24,892 nucleotides of DNA, taken from the IMG/VR virus record IMGVR_UViG_3300020458_000018, positions 1 through 24,892 of that record; one strand, given 5' to 3'. Positions 7,320 through 16,381 of this stretch are shown here, piece after piece (position 1 is the first letter of the stretch; the number at the start of each line of letters is the position of its first letter). The notes under the pieces are model-generated. The model saw nothing but the letters and a program-made list of their open reading frames with translations. It was not told the origin of the DNA and made no database searches. The translations under genes and the position numbers were made by a program. The stretch comes from a virus. Lineage: Duplodnaviria > Caudoviricetes.

Positions 7320-8502
7320 GTTTCACCCCCACGAAGTCGAGTTTCAGCTCAGTCAACCCGTCGCCGTCGGTCTCGTGCAGCAGCTCGACGCGATCGCTTG
7401 CCAGTTCGCTGAGCGCCATGAACGAAACAATGAGGATCTCGCTCGGCTGGACGGCGCGGCCGAGGGCTGAGTCGATTGTCAGGGTCTCGTTTGCGCCGGC
7501 TGCGACGGCTGCGGTAATGCGTCGGTACAGGACTGTGCCGTCAGTCAGCTCGATGCGGATATCGCGCCGGCCCGGCTGGGCGCGGCCAAAGAGTGAGTAT
7601 CCGGCCCATTCGATGGTGATGGTGGTGGCCACCGCCGTTACCGGGGCAACGATCAGCAGATCCTGCGCCCAGCTCGGCACCCAGACATGTCCAGCCCTGC
7701 CGCGCAGGCCGTACAGCAGCGAGCGCATGGCGGCCAGTTCGGCGCGGCTGCCCAGCAGGTAGCGCAGGGACTGCTCGCGGAAGGCGCGGCCTGGGCGGTC
7801 GATGATGGTGATCGCGCCAGTGTCTTCGTCGATGACGTTGGTCATCCGACTGAAAGAGCTTTTCAGGTCGTCGCCGGTATCGGGGCGCATGTCGAGCACT
7901 GGCCAGCCCTGGTACATGGTTGCCGGCAGTACGGCCGGCCAGTCGCTCGGCTCCTCGATCTGCATGACGACAGACCGGGTGCCGGCGGTGTCGGTCCATG
8001 CGGCTTCCTCCGGCTGGCGGTCGAGACGCGCAAGGCGCACCGGGTACAGGCGCGAGCCTGCAGGCCAGGCGCGATCGGTCGGCAGGCCGGTGGTGATGTA
8101 GTCCTCGCCGACGTCCTCGATCGCGGCCAGCCACCAGTTGTTCACCGAGGCCCAGACGACGACCAGGCTGTCGGCTAAAAGCTCAAAACCTTCTGTCTTG
8201 CAGGGGATGGTGTCGACGCCGGCATCGAGCGCCGGCAGCAGCTGCACGTCGTGCCAGATCGGCAGCAGCCAGTAGTTGGAGCCGTGGTCAGCGAGAATCA
8301 TGTCCAGCACGCGGCGGGCCTGGTCATTGGCGATCACTTCAAAGGTGAACTGGCGGCGCGGGCCGAGGCGCAGCTCACGCTTCTGCTTGGCACCGGTGCG
8401 GGCCTCCAGTACATCGGTCAGCCACTCCAGCTGCTCGCGCACCCCGGCGTCCCAATCCGGCGGTACAGGCCAGAGTACATACCCGTCTTCTAAGTAGCTC
8501 AT
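7306..8502 (-). CDS. Distal tail/virion structural protein (398 aa)
   Basis: Directly follows the tape measure gene (ATGA overlap); 'WPVPPDW..GVREQLEWLTDV...QKRELR..PRRQF' and 'LRGRAGHVWVPSW' motifs. Confidence 0.8.
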   Translation of the reverse strand: MSYLEDGYVLWPVPPDWDAGVREQLEWLTDVLEARTGAKQKRELRLGPRRQFTFEVIANDQARRVLDMILADHGSNYWLLPIWHDVQLLPALDAGVDTIPCKTEGFELLADSLVVVWASVNNWWLAAIEDVGEDYITTGLPTDRAWPAGSRLYPVRLARLDRQPEEAAWTDTAGTRSVVMQIEEPSDWPAVLPATMYQGWPVLDMRPDTGDDLKSSFSRMTNVIDEDTGAITIIDRPGRAFREQSLRYLLGSRAELAAMRSLLYGLRGRAGHVWVPSWAQDLLIVAPVTAVATTITIEWAGYSLFGRAQPGRRDIRIELTDGTVLYRRITAAVAAGANETLTIDSALGRAVQPSEILIVSFMALSELASDRVELLHETDGDGLTELKLDFVGVKRESA

Positions 8503-11500
8503 GTGTTCAGCGCGCTCTGCAGTGCGGTGGCGTTGTTTGCGGTCATGTTGATGAGCACGTCAGTGAAGCCAGGTGAGCTGCCCAGACGTGCGGCGATGTC
8601 TTCGATGTCGAACAGCGCATTGAAGCGGAAGTTGTTAGCCACGTTGGTGCTGAGCGCCGAGGCTGGCTCGGGCATTGATCCGGTACCAGTCGACGGCGCC
8701 GGCATAGCGGGTGCCGGCACTCCGGCCAAGCCGCCGGTCGAATGGCGAGCAGCCCCCGACCAGTCGGCAAGGGCCGACATGCCGCGGGCGTTAAAGTCCT
8801 GCAGGAAGTCCAGCGCGCCGGGCTGGGTGACCACCGCAGCGCGGGTGACAAACTCCTGGTCTGACAGCAGGGTCGGGATGCTGTCCGAGGTGGTGGTGCC
8901 GGGGCCGCGAACTTGCCCGCCGTCAGCGAACGCCTGAAACGCCATGGCGGCGACAACAGCAGCCAGGCCGATCGCGGCCGCGCTGCCGAAGCTACCGATC
9001 GACGCGGCGATCGCTGCCGGCGTCCAAGCGGTTGCAGTGGTTGCTGCAGCGCCGGCTTGGCCAGCGGCGGCGGTGTTGGCGGCCAGCACCGATGAGGTGG
9101 CACGGGTGGTATCGGCTGCCTGTTGTGCAAGCGTCACGGTCTGGATGGCTGCGACCTCGGCGGCCGCCTTTTGGCCAGCGGCTGCGGTCGCTGCCTGAAC
9201 CCCTTGCTGGAATAGGCTCATGATGCCGCTGGTTGCCATCTCGGCAAGCTGCTCACTGGCCATGCGGGCCATTGACTCGGCGATGCCGAGTACCAGGCTA
9301 TCGAGGGCGTCGCGTAGGCTCATGGTGCCTTTGGCCAGCCCGAGGATTGCCTCTTCAAGGCCGCTCTGCAGGCCGTCACGCAGCGCCAGCGACAGCTCGT
9401 TGCTGACGACCTGCATGGTCTCCAGCTCGGCGCGAATGCGCTCGATGTTCTCCAGCGCGGCGGGATCACCAATAGTGCCCGCCAGCTCTTCCATCAGCGG
9501 CAACAGCGCCTCGATCTGCGCGGCCGTCTCCTGATGAACGTCGACGATCTGGCGGCGTGCTTCCAGCTCGCCCATCAGGCCGGCTTGGGTCTGTGCCTGG
9601 ATGGATTGCTCGCGGCGCGACTGCTCGGCGAAGATCTGGGCGATCTGGCGCTCCAACTCCTGCAGCTGAGCTTGCGCCGATTCAACACCGATCAGCTTAT
9701 CGACCAAGGTAGCGGAGTCAGTTTCGCCACGCGCCAGCAGGCGGTCACGCAGGGCGCCGTACTTGCGCTCGATCTCGGCCTCGGTCGCTTCGACGGCGTT
9801 ACCAGTGGCCTTGAGGTAATCCAGCTGCAGCTGGGTCAGTAGTTGGGTGTCGCGCTTGGCTTGTTCGTCGGATGCCTTCTGCCGCTCGGCAGCATCCAGC
9901 GCCTCCCACGCGGCCTCGGCCCGCTCGCGCATGGCGCCGGTCAGGTTGCGCTGCTCTAGCTCGTATTCACGGGTTGCGGCTTTGCCTTGGCCGAAGGTGG
10001 CGGCTTCCTTCTCCAGCTGCTCGACCCAGCGGCGGTTCTGCTCGGCCAGACGCTCGGCGTCAGATGTGCCCGAGCGGCCGTTGGATTGAAAGCGTTTTTC
10101 AATGGCGGCAATGTCGCGGGCGATTTGGTCAGGTGCGATAAGGCTGCTGTTTGGGTCAGCCGCGCGAATCCGTTCGACGTTGGCCCGGTATTCGGCAATG
10201 GCTTTCTCGCGCTGCTCAACGCGGGTGAGTGATTGCTCGCGAAGGTTCGCGATGTATTCCTGGGCGTCGATGGCCTCGTTGTTCAGGCGGCGCTCTTCGC
10301 CCTCGCGTTTAGCCCGCGCGTCACGCTCCTGGATATCCAGTCGCAGTTGCTCGCGCTGGGCCTCCAGCTCGTCGTCGCGGCCAGTGCGAACACGAAATGC
10401 CATCGGGTTGGGGGTGGCATTGCGGGCGCGCTGCTCGATCTCGCGCTCGACCTTGGCCAACTGTTGCTCAAGCGTGGCTTCGCGACCAATGCCCAGCATC
10501 GCGTCCCAGGACTCCGCGGCGATCGACTTGATGCCGCGCCATGCTTTTTCAATCAGGCCGAGGTTCTCCACCACCTGGCCAGCACGGCTTTGCATGGTGT
10601 TGGAGTAGGTATCCATCGCCAGGCGCACGGCGCCGATCTCGTCGCCCTGGTCCTTGAGGGAGCGGATCTGCTGCATGACGGACGCGGTTAGGAAGCCGTA
10701 CTGCTCATTCAGCTTGATGATGCCCTGCACCGGATCGCGCGCCAGGCTCTCGTATTCTTCGACCGTCTCCTCGACCGCCTTGCCCAGCGCTATCTGCAAC
10801 TGGATGGCTGTCTGCGCTACCTGCTCCAGCTGATCACCTGCCAGCTTGCCTGATCGAGCGGCAGTAGCCAGTGCAGCAGCGGCCTGACGTTGGGTACCAG
10901 CAATGCCGTCGATACGTTCAGCCATAGCAGCCAGCTGATCAGAGCTGGTGCCCGCTGCATTGCCGGTCAGGATCAGTGCTTCTTTATAGCGGCGCGCTTC
11001 CGCGGCGCCTTGCTCATGCGCAACAACCAGGGCAACGGCTGCAGCGACGGCCGCGCCGATCGCCAGCGTCATCGGATTGATTGCAGACACCACCGCGCGG
11101 GCGGCGGGACCAATGCCGCCGAAGCTGTCCTTGATCTGGCCACCTTGCTGGATGGCAACCATCCAAATCGGCATGCCCGTTGCCAAGCTGGTGGTGACGT
11201 CGGTGAGCTGCATGGGCAGCTGGCGCATAGCCTGCTGGTACTGGCGGGTTGTCAGTGCCGCGCGGCCGGTCATGTCTGAGGATGCCGCCAAGCGATTACG
11301 GTTTTCGGCCAGCTTGGCGTTGTAGACGGACCAGGTCTCGGTGTCGATTCGCCCGGCACGGTGCGCATCAGCCAGCTGGCGCTCCATGGCATCGAGTTTG
11401 TCCAGCTCGCGGACAACCGGATCAATCCGGCCCAGCAAGTCGGTCAGCTCCTGCGCTTGCTGGTCGGCTGCGGTGGCGGCCGTGCGGGTTGAGGTGGCGA

Positions 11501-12029
11501 CCTTGTCCTGGGCTGAAGCCGTCGATGTGGTTGCACGTTCCGTCTGGTGGTAAGCATTCATGGCGGCCGTCTGGGCTGCGGCTACCTTGGCTGATGCCGC
11601 GTCAGCCCGGTCCAAGGCGGTAGCCATTTGCACAGCGCTTTGCGCTGCCTGCTCATGAGCATTCGCTTGCGCCAGGCTGGCGTCCACCATCATGCGAATC
11701 CGCAGTGCTTGCTGCTCGGCGGATTCACCCACCTTGGCGATATCTGAAGCAGCGGCTTCGGCGGACTCACCCACCTTGGCTATATCAATTGCGGCTGTGT
11801 CCGCGACGGAACCAGCATCACTCAGGGCGCTACCTAGTTCATCCCCAAGGATTTTTACACGGGGGGCCACTCGATCAGCAGACTCACCCACCTTCGATAG
11901 GTCTGTTGCTGCCGATTCGGCAGCATTTCCGGTGTTCGCTAGCTCCTGCGAAAACTCCTGCAGCTCGGCCTTGCCCTGGTCAAGGTCGGCTTTGATTCGG
12001 AGGGCTAGTTCGAGGTCTTTGTTCGACAT
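8499..12029 (-). CDS. Tail tape measure protein (1176 aa)
   Basis: Long Ala/Gln/Glu-rich helical ORF; lambda-type 'QLPMQLTDVTTSLATG...IQQGGQIKDSFGG' block; C-terminal 'FADGGQVRGPGTTTSDSIP'; follows the chaperone genes. Confidence 0.95.
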   Translation of the reverse strand: MSNKDLELALRIKADLDQGKAELQEFSQELANTGNAAESAATDLSKVGESADRVAPRVKILGDELGSALSDAGSVADTAAIDIAKVGESAEAAASDIAKVGESAEQQALRIRMMVDASLAQANAHEQAAQSAVQMATALDRADAASAKVAAAQTAAMNAYHQTERATTSTASAQDKVATSTRTAATAADQQAQELTDLLGRIDPVVRELDKLDAMERQLADAHRAGRIDTETWSVYNAKLAENRNRLAASSDMTGRAALTTRQYQQAMRQLPMQLTDVTTSLATGMPIWMVAIQQGGQIKDSFGGIGPAARAVVSAINPMTLAIGAAVAAAVALVVAHEQGAAEARRYKEALILTGNAAGTSSDQLAAMAERIDGIAGTQRQAAAALATAARSGKLAGDQLEQVAQTAIQLQIALGKAVEETVEEYESLARDPVQGIIKLNEQYGFLTASVMQQIRSLKDQGDEIGAVRLAMDTYSNTMQSRAGQVVENLGLIEKAWRGIKSIAAESWDAMLGIGREATLEQQLAKVEREIEQRARNATPNPMAFRVRTGRDDELEAQREQLRLDIQERDARAKREGEERRLNNEAIDAQEYIANLREQSLTRVEQREKAIAEYRANVERIRAADPNSSLIAPDQIARDIAAIEKRFQSNGRSGTSDAERLAEQNRRWVEQLEKEAATFGQGKAATREYELEQRNLTGAMRERAEAAWEALDAAERQKASDEQAKRDTQLLTQLQLDYLKATGNAVEATEAEIERKYGALRDRLLARGETDSATLVDKLIGVESAQAQLQELERQIAQIFAEQSRREQSIQAQTQAGLMGELEARRQIVDVHQETAAQIEALLPLMEELAGTIGDPAALENIERIRAELETMQVVSNELSLALRDGLQSGLEEAILGLAKGTMSLRDALDSLVLGIAESMARMASEQLAEMATSGIMSLFQQGVQAATAAAGQKAAAEVAAIQTVTLAQQAADTTRATSSVLAANTAAAGQAGAAATTATAWTPAAIAASIGSFGSAAAIGLAAVVAAMAFQAFADGGQVRGPGTTTSDSIPTLLSDQEFVTRAAVVTQPGALDFLQDFNARGMSALADWSGAARHSTGGLAGVPAPAMPAPSTGTGSMPEPASALSTNVANNFRFNALFDIEDIAARLGSSPGFTDVLINMTANNATALQSALNT
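11716..11903 (-). repeat. Three imperfect 29-bp copies (D-I/L-x-KVGESA-E/D) in the tape measure N-terminus
   Basis: Copies at 11716-11744, 11758-11786 (42-bp period, 27/29 identical) and 11875-11903. Confidence 0.8.
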
Positions 12030-12059
12030 GGGCGCGTGGGTCTGGGTAAGTTCAGTCCC

Positions 12060-12104
12060 ATGGTCGCGCGCGCGCGAGGTGATGTATTTTTGCTAGCGCA
12101 AAAA
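12060..12104 (-). promoter_or_regulatory. Putative activator-dependent late promoter for the tape measure operon
   Basis: Minus strand TTTTTGCGCTAGCAAAAATACA-N17-GACCAT; near-identical copy with the same spacing at 17486-17530. Confidence 0.7.
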
Positions 12105-12124
12105 GAAAGCGGCCGAAGCCGCTT
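12100..12124 (-). terminator. Intrinsic terminator after the tail chaperone genes
   Basis: AAGCGGC-UUCG-GCCGCUU followed by UCUUUUU on the minus strand. Confidence 0.85.
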
Positions 12125-12179
12125 ATGCCTGTCCTTTGGTTCCGACCGGCTGCGTCCCGCAGCCTCCATGGCGCCCTGA

Positions 12180-12443
12180 TCAAATCTTGATGGTGTCCAG
12201 GTGCTCCTTCGCAGCCTTGCCACCGATGAAAGCCGCGTTTACGTCACTCACCAGCTGGCGGCGCTTGCTACGGTCTCGGGCCAGAGCCCTGTCTAGATAC
12301 AGATTCACTTGGCGGCGGGTGTAGCGGCCGATGTCGCCTGGTCGGTGGCCGTGCTCGATGAGGACGGCGTAGGCATCGCCCCAGCGTCCACCGCCGCCTT
12401 GACCATGTTGGCCTTGATGCGGTCGAACACCCTCCGCAAGAAA
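12180..12443 (-). CDS. gpT-like -1 frame extension of the tail assembly chaperone (G-T fusion, about 214 aa)
   Basis: The -1 frame is open from the slippery site to TGA at 12180, encoding '...RWGDAYAVLIEHGHRPGDIGRYTRRQVNLYL...'. Confidence 0.7.
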   Translation of the reverse strand, partial: FLAEGVRPHQGQHGQGGGGRWGDAYAVLIEHGHRPGDIGRYTRRQVNLYLDRALARDRSKRRQLVSDVNAAFIGGKAAKEHLDTIKI

Positions 12444-12823
12444 AAAGGGGCGTTTACGATCCACCACAGGTACATCAGGTTCATGCCGTTACGGTCATCC
12501 AGGCTGCGAACCCACTCGACCTCAACATCGGCCGCAATGGCGATCAATTGCTCCACCTGGTCCGCGTGCGCCGCGAGCAGCGCCACGATCTCTTCCAGCG
12601 GCGGCGAGCGCTCGATGGTCACCGCCTGGCTGATGTCATCAACAATGCCTTTGTACAGGGGGGCCAACTTCAGCCCCTCAATAAACCCGTACTCGCGCAT
12701 GGTGACGGCCCGGCCAGCGATAGTTGCCGTGCGATCCGGGTGGAGCACTTCCAGATCATCTGCGCCCACCTCGGCGGGTGCCGAGGCAGGTGCGACGATA
12801 TCGGCCTGCTTTTTACGCGCCAT
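12305..12823 (-). CDS. Tail assembly chaperone (lambda gpG analogue, DUF6631-like)
   Basis: Between tail tube and tape measure; 'DDLEVLHPDR...VTMREYGFIEGL...WWIVNAPFF'. Confidence 0.85.
   Translation of the reverse strand: MARKKQADIVAPASAPAEVGADDLEVLHPDRTATIAGRAVTMREYGFIEGLKLAPLYKGIVDDISQAVTIERSPPLEEIVALLAAHADQVEQLIAIAADVEVEWVRSLDDRNGMNLMYLWWIVNAPFFLRRVFDRIKANMVKAAVDAGAMPTPSSSSTATDQATSAATPAAK
12440..12449 (-). other. Programmed -1 ribosomal frameshift site
   Basis: GCC CCT TTT TTC contains in-frame heptamers C-CCT-TTT and T-TTT-TTC; a -1 slip enters the 12180 ORF. Confidence 0.7.
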
Positions 12824-12825
12824 GG

Positions 12826-13587
12826 TCAGTAGTCCACGGTGACAACTTGAGCAAACTGCCCAAGCTCACCGTCAGCAGGCTTGCTGGTGTCCCTCAGCGG
12901 TTTGAAGCTGACCGGAGACTGCGCAAGTTGCTGACCGTTGTTGATCAGCTCCAGGTTCTGCAGCAGACCAGGACTCACCTTGTAGAACTCGACGTACTGC
13001 TTCTTGTTGCCCTCGGCCAAGTTGATGCCCTTGTAACGCAGGGCGATTTCCGCTTTCTGCCCATTCAACAGGGCAACACGTTTGTACGCAGTATGGCTGT
13101 ACGAAACCTTCAGCGGCATGGTCGGCGCGGGGTCCGGCAGCGAGTTAAAGGTCAGCTCGTTGTAGCCGTCGTACTCGTAATGAGACGGGTCAATGGTCGC
13201 CGGGGTACCGGTGCTGTCGATCACCACGATGTTGGAAAGACCAAAGTCATCAAGCACCAGCACGTCACCTGCGGCCACAGTGCCAAGGGGTTCTTCCGAA
13301 ACCGTGCCGGCTGCCTTCTCGGTGTTAGTGCCACGGGTGAATTGCGCAACGTTCTCGGCCGATAGGGACTGCAGCGTGATAGAACCGTTACACGTGACGC
13401 CAGTAACGATTTCCCGCACCTCGCTCTTTTCACCACTGTAGGACTCATTGTGCGAGAACTTTGCCTCTTCAATAGCAAGAGTCATCGCACTCACGTCGCC
13501 CAGCCACCGCCAGGCACCGATCACACCATCTACGATTGGCGCGATCTCAACTTTACCCTGGCCGTATTGATAGACTTCCTGGCTCAT
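12826..13587 (-). CDS. Major tail (tube) protein
   Basis: 253 aa, 'YQYGQGKV...WRWLGDVS...HNESYSG'; position before the chaperones; no sheath gene present. Confidence 0.88.
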   Translation of the reverse strand: MSQEVYQYGQGKVEIAPIVDGVIGAWRWLGDVSAMTLAIEEAKFSHNESYSGEKSEVREIVTGVTCNGSITLQSLSAENVAQFTRGTNTEKAAGTVSEEPLGTVAAGDVLVLDDFGLSNIVVIDSTGTPATIDPSHYEYDGYNELTFNSLPDPAPTMPLKVSYSHTAYKRVALLNGQKAEIALRYKGINLAEGNKKQYVEFYKVSPGLLQNLELINNGQQLAQSPVSFKPLRDTSKPADGELGQFAQVVTVDY

Positions 13588-13763
13588 TTCTCACCCCCAG
13601 TCTTGGGTTTGTCTTCAACTGCAGGCGCACCGGCTTCGATCAAGCCGAGGCCCAGCAACCAGTCACGGGTTGGTTCCGTGACGTCGATTTTGGCGCCGGC
13701 CTTGTAATCCTTACCGGCATGCTTGTGAGCCTTCAGCAGGGTCACCTTGATTGTCTTGCTCAT
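13584..13763 (-). CDS. Small hypothetical virion-associated protein (59 aa; absent from the ORF track)
   Basis: MSKTIKVTLLKAHKHAGKDYKAGAKIDVTEPTRDWLLGLGLIEAGAPAVEDKPKTGGEK*; ATGA overlaps at both ends; GGGAAA upstream. Confidence 0.8.
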   Translation of the reverse strand: MSKTIKVTLLKAHKHAGKDYKAGAKIDVTEPTRDWLLGLGLIEAGAPAVEDKPKTGGEK

Positions 13764-14194
13764 GTATTTCCCCTGAGAACGTGGGTTGTGGTGAAAACAT
13801 CAATCCAGAGCACCCGGCTAGCGTCGCTGTCCAGTGCGTCGCCCTGCAGCCAAACGATGGGGCTCCAGCCTTCGGGCATCCATCCGTTCAGCGCCTGGCG
13901 AACTGCGCCAACGATGCTGCTGATATCGTCCAGTGCGGCCTTGCCGGACTGATCGCGGTAATTCTGCGCAACGACTACTACCCCGAAGGTCGCCTGGGCC
14001 GGTGTGGCCTTGCGCGGCTGCGGGGTGCCAGCAGCCGGGTTGCGCTCTGAGGCCAGCACCACATACGCAGTGCCTGGCCGGAAGCTGCTCAGATCCTTGA
14101 TCTGGCTGTACTCAACCACGCCAGCAACGGTATCCAGTGCCGGCACAGCGGCCTTCAGGCGCGCTTCGATGATTGAGGTATCCAGCGGATTCAT
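13760..14194 (-). CDS. Tail terminator/completion protein (Mu gp37-like)
   Basis: 144 aa between gp36-like gene and tail tube; 'VRQALNGWMP' motif; ATGA overlaps. Confidence 0.78.
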   Translation of the reverse strand: MNPLDTSIIEARLKAAVPALDTVAGVVEYSQIKDLSSFRPGTAYVVLASERNPAAGTPQPRKATPAQATFGVVVVAQNYRDQSGKAALDDISSIVGAVRQALNGWMPEGWSPIVWLQGDALDSDASRVLWIDVFTTTHVLRGNT

Positions 14195-14706
14195 CGGAAC
14201 GCCTTCAGCTCGTTGCGGCTGAACACACTCGGCGACGCATCAAAGCGCACATCAACCGCGCTCGGGCTGGCTTGCACCGGATCATTGCCGCCCAGGCTGA
14301 ACTTGCCGTCTGCGGTCAGCTGCAGCAGCTTCATCGCGTCGCGGTAGTCCCGCACGATCGGGTCGGTGCCTTCGTTGCTTACCCGGTGTTGGTGCAGGTT
14401 GTACCGGGTGATGGCCCGGCACCACACGGTCACCATGTCCGGCACCGGATCGAGTGGCAGGTACCCACGCTTGGCCAGGAATCCGTCAATCACCGCTGCA
14501 GCGTCTTTCACCGCATCATCAATGCGGGCAAGGGCCTCATCGGCTCGGGCGTTTTCGTCAGCCGTCCAGCTGCTGCGGTCGGCGCCGGTCAGGGCGGCTT
14601 CCATCAGCTCTGGCGGGGTCGCGCGCAGGTGCGCCGGAGTAGCCGCCTCGGCCAACTCCTTTGCACCTGGCCGCTCGGCCAGGTGGGCGTGGGTGATGTA
14701 GCTCAC
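14191..14706 (-). CDS. Head-tail connector, Mu gp36/DUF1320 family
   Basis: 'MSYIT...IDGFL..RGYLPL..VP......C.AI.RY.L...DYRDAMKLL...ADGKFSLG'. Confidence 0.88.
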   Translation of the reverse strand: MSYITHAHLAERPGAKELAEAATPAHLRATPPELMEAALTGADRSSWTADENARADEALARIDDAVKDAAAVIDGFLAKRGYLPLDPVPDMVTVWCRAITRYNLHQHRVSNEGTDPIVRDYRDAMKLLQLTADGKFSLGGNDPVQASPSAVDVRFDASPSVFSRNELKAFR

Positions 14707-15056
14707 TCGGCGTCATCCTCGGCGGTGACGCTGGTGCGCTCGACCACCAGATTGGGGTCAGACTCCAGCGTCTCGATCTGCTCATCCGTCAGGGCATCCA
14801 GCGCGATGCCGAAACCCTCACGGGTAAAGCGAAAACCGCAGCGGCGGAATGACTCCGGTACCGACCGAATCCACAGCACTTCAACGGCAGCACCATCCTT
14901 GGCGGCCTCCGCGCTGGGCATCTCCTGTGCTGCCGGAGCAGCGGTAGCGGCCGAGGCCGCGTTCTCGGTGGGTTGTGCGGTTGCCTGGTCAGTGACCGGC
15001 GCGCTCGTCGCTGGCTCCTGCACCTTGTTGCCGGTAGAGGGTTTCTTGGCAGCCAT
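14703..15056 (-). CDS. Mu gp35/HI1506-related protein with low-complexity N-terminus
   Basis: 'FRRCGFRFTREG...LTDEQIETLESDPNLVV' directly after the capsid gene. Confidence 0.8.
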   Translation of the reverse strand: MAAKKPSTGNKVQEPATSAPVTDQATAQPTENAASAATAAPAAQEMPSAEAAKDGAAVEVLWIRSVPESFRRCGFRFTREGFGIALDALTDEQIETLESDPNLVVERTSVTAEDDAE

Positions 15057-15065
15057 GGTGCCCCC

Positions 15066-15959
15066 TTACGCCAGCCACGGGGTGACGAGCACGTCGACCA
15101 CGTCGCGGTTGATGTTGGTTGCACCGGCGGCATTGCGCTCGGCCTTGACGACCTCCAGCGCGGCTTCGCGCAGCGTCGGCGGCACTACCAGCAGCTTCGG
15201 GCGAATGCCCAGCGGCCGCTCGTTGTCGCCCTTCAGGCCCTGCATCGCTGCATAAGCAGCGCTGAAGTTGGTGGCATCCAGCGTCTGCTTGCTGGCATAG
15301 GCCAGCTGCCAGAGGCCAAAGCCGACGTTGAGACGAGCATCCACGCCGTACACAAATTCCTTGCGTGTGAACACGTTCTCGTCAGTTTCCTGGTTCTTGG
15401 CCACGAAGTTGTACGGCTTGCGCTTCTGCAGCAGGATCGGCCGGATCATGCGCGTGGTATCCAGCAGGAACCACGGCGTGCCAGAACCGCCCTGGAAGTT
15501 ACTGACCGACTGCTCGTCACCGGCCTTGTTCAGCACCGGGTGGTCGGTATCAAAGAAGTTTTGGCCGTCGTAGCACTTCTGGTTGAAACCGTCTTTCAGC
15601 AGCGCATACACCAGCTCGGCCGGGTGCTCCTTCGCGTCTTGGCCAAGCTGGGCCATCAGCGGGGTGTACACGCCGTACTGGTCGTCCTCGATCGCTTCAC
15701 GCGGAACACCGACGGTGTTCTCGAATGTGCGGTTCTTGATCGAATAGCCGTGCTGCTTCAGGTTCTGGATGACGCGGTCCCCAATCCACTCACGGAAGCC
15801 GGTAGTCTGACCCAGCCAGCCGTACTCCTCGGTGGAGGTGGTCGAGTTCACTTCGAGCACGATCTGGTCATAGTCGACCAGCGCATCAGCGAATGCCTGT
15901 GCAAACGCGGCCTTGAACGCGACATTCAGGGTTTTCAGGTTGCCACTGTTGATGATCAT
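15066..15959 (-). CDS. Mu-like major capsid protein (gpT)
   Basis: 'EEYGWLG...REWIGDR...NRTFENTV...IEDD.YG...CYDGQNFFDTDHPV...WFLLDT...YGVDAR...GFG.WQLAY'; AAGGAG RBS. Confidence 0.95.
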   Translation of the reverse strand: MIINSGNLKTLNVAFKAAFAQAFADALVDYDQIVLEVNSTTSTEEYGWLGQTTGFREWIGDRVIQNLKQHGYSIKNRTFENTVGVPREAIEDDQYGVYTPLMAQLGQDAKEHPAELVYALLKDGFNQKCYDGQNFFDTDHPVLNKAGDEQSVSNFQGGSGTPWFLLDTTRMIRPILLQKRKPYNFVAKNQETDENVFTRKEFVYGVDARLNVGFGLWQLAYASKQTLDATNFSAAYAAMQGLKGDNERPLGIRPKLLVVPPTLREAALEVVKAERNAAGATNINRDVVDVLVTPWLA

Positions 15960-15973
15960 CTGGGTCTTGCTCC

Positions 15974-16378
15974 TTAAATCTCGACCCAGACGCCGCTGTC
16001 ATCCACATCGCGGATAACGCCAGCAACTGAGCGGGTGGAAGTGCCGTTGGTTTTGGCCACGGTTTCGTCGTCGACGATGTACGCGCTGTTGCCGATGTCA
16101 GCGCGGGTGATTTCATCCGTGCTGGCACTGTTGGCAAACGGGAACACCCCGCGGCGGGTTTCAACGCGCAGATCACCTGCAGCGCCGTCGCGGTTGTCGA
16201 CCTGCTCCTGGGCAACGCCCCGAGCGGTCAGCGTGGTTGCGGTTGACCCCGGCACGGCGTTGCCCGATGCATCCAGGCACACAATGGAGCCGGCAAAGAT
16301 GCGGGTGGCTGCAGCGACCGGGTCGCTGTACAGCACGCCATCACGGCGCTTGGTGTTGCGGTCAGCAGTGAGTGCCAT
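15974..16378 (-). CDS. Probable capsid decoration/cement protein (134 aa)
   Basis: 'MALTADRNT...YIVDDETV...AGVIRDVDDSGVWVEI'; between scaffold and capsid genes. Confidence 0.75.
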   Translation of the reverse strand: MALTADRNTKRRDGVLYSDPVAAATRIFAGSIVCLDASGNAVPGSTATTLTARGVAQEQVDNRDGAAGDLRVETRRGVFPFANSASTDEITRADIGNSAYIVDDETVAKTNGTSTRSVAGVIRDVDDSGVWVEI

Positions 16379-16381
16379 GGG

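Noticed and set aside
12125-12179. Small hairpin GGCTGCG-TCC-CGCAGCC and possible accessory ORF between chaperone and tape measure
   Set aside because: Gap too short for a credible gene; the ORF-track candidate runs through the terminator and promoter; a 7-bp GC stem can occur by chance.
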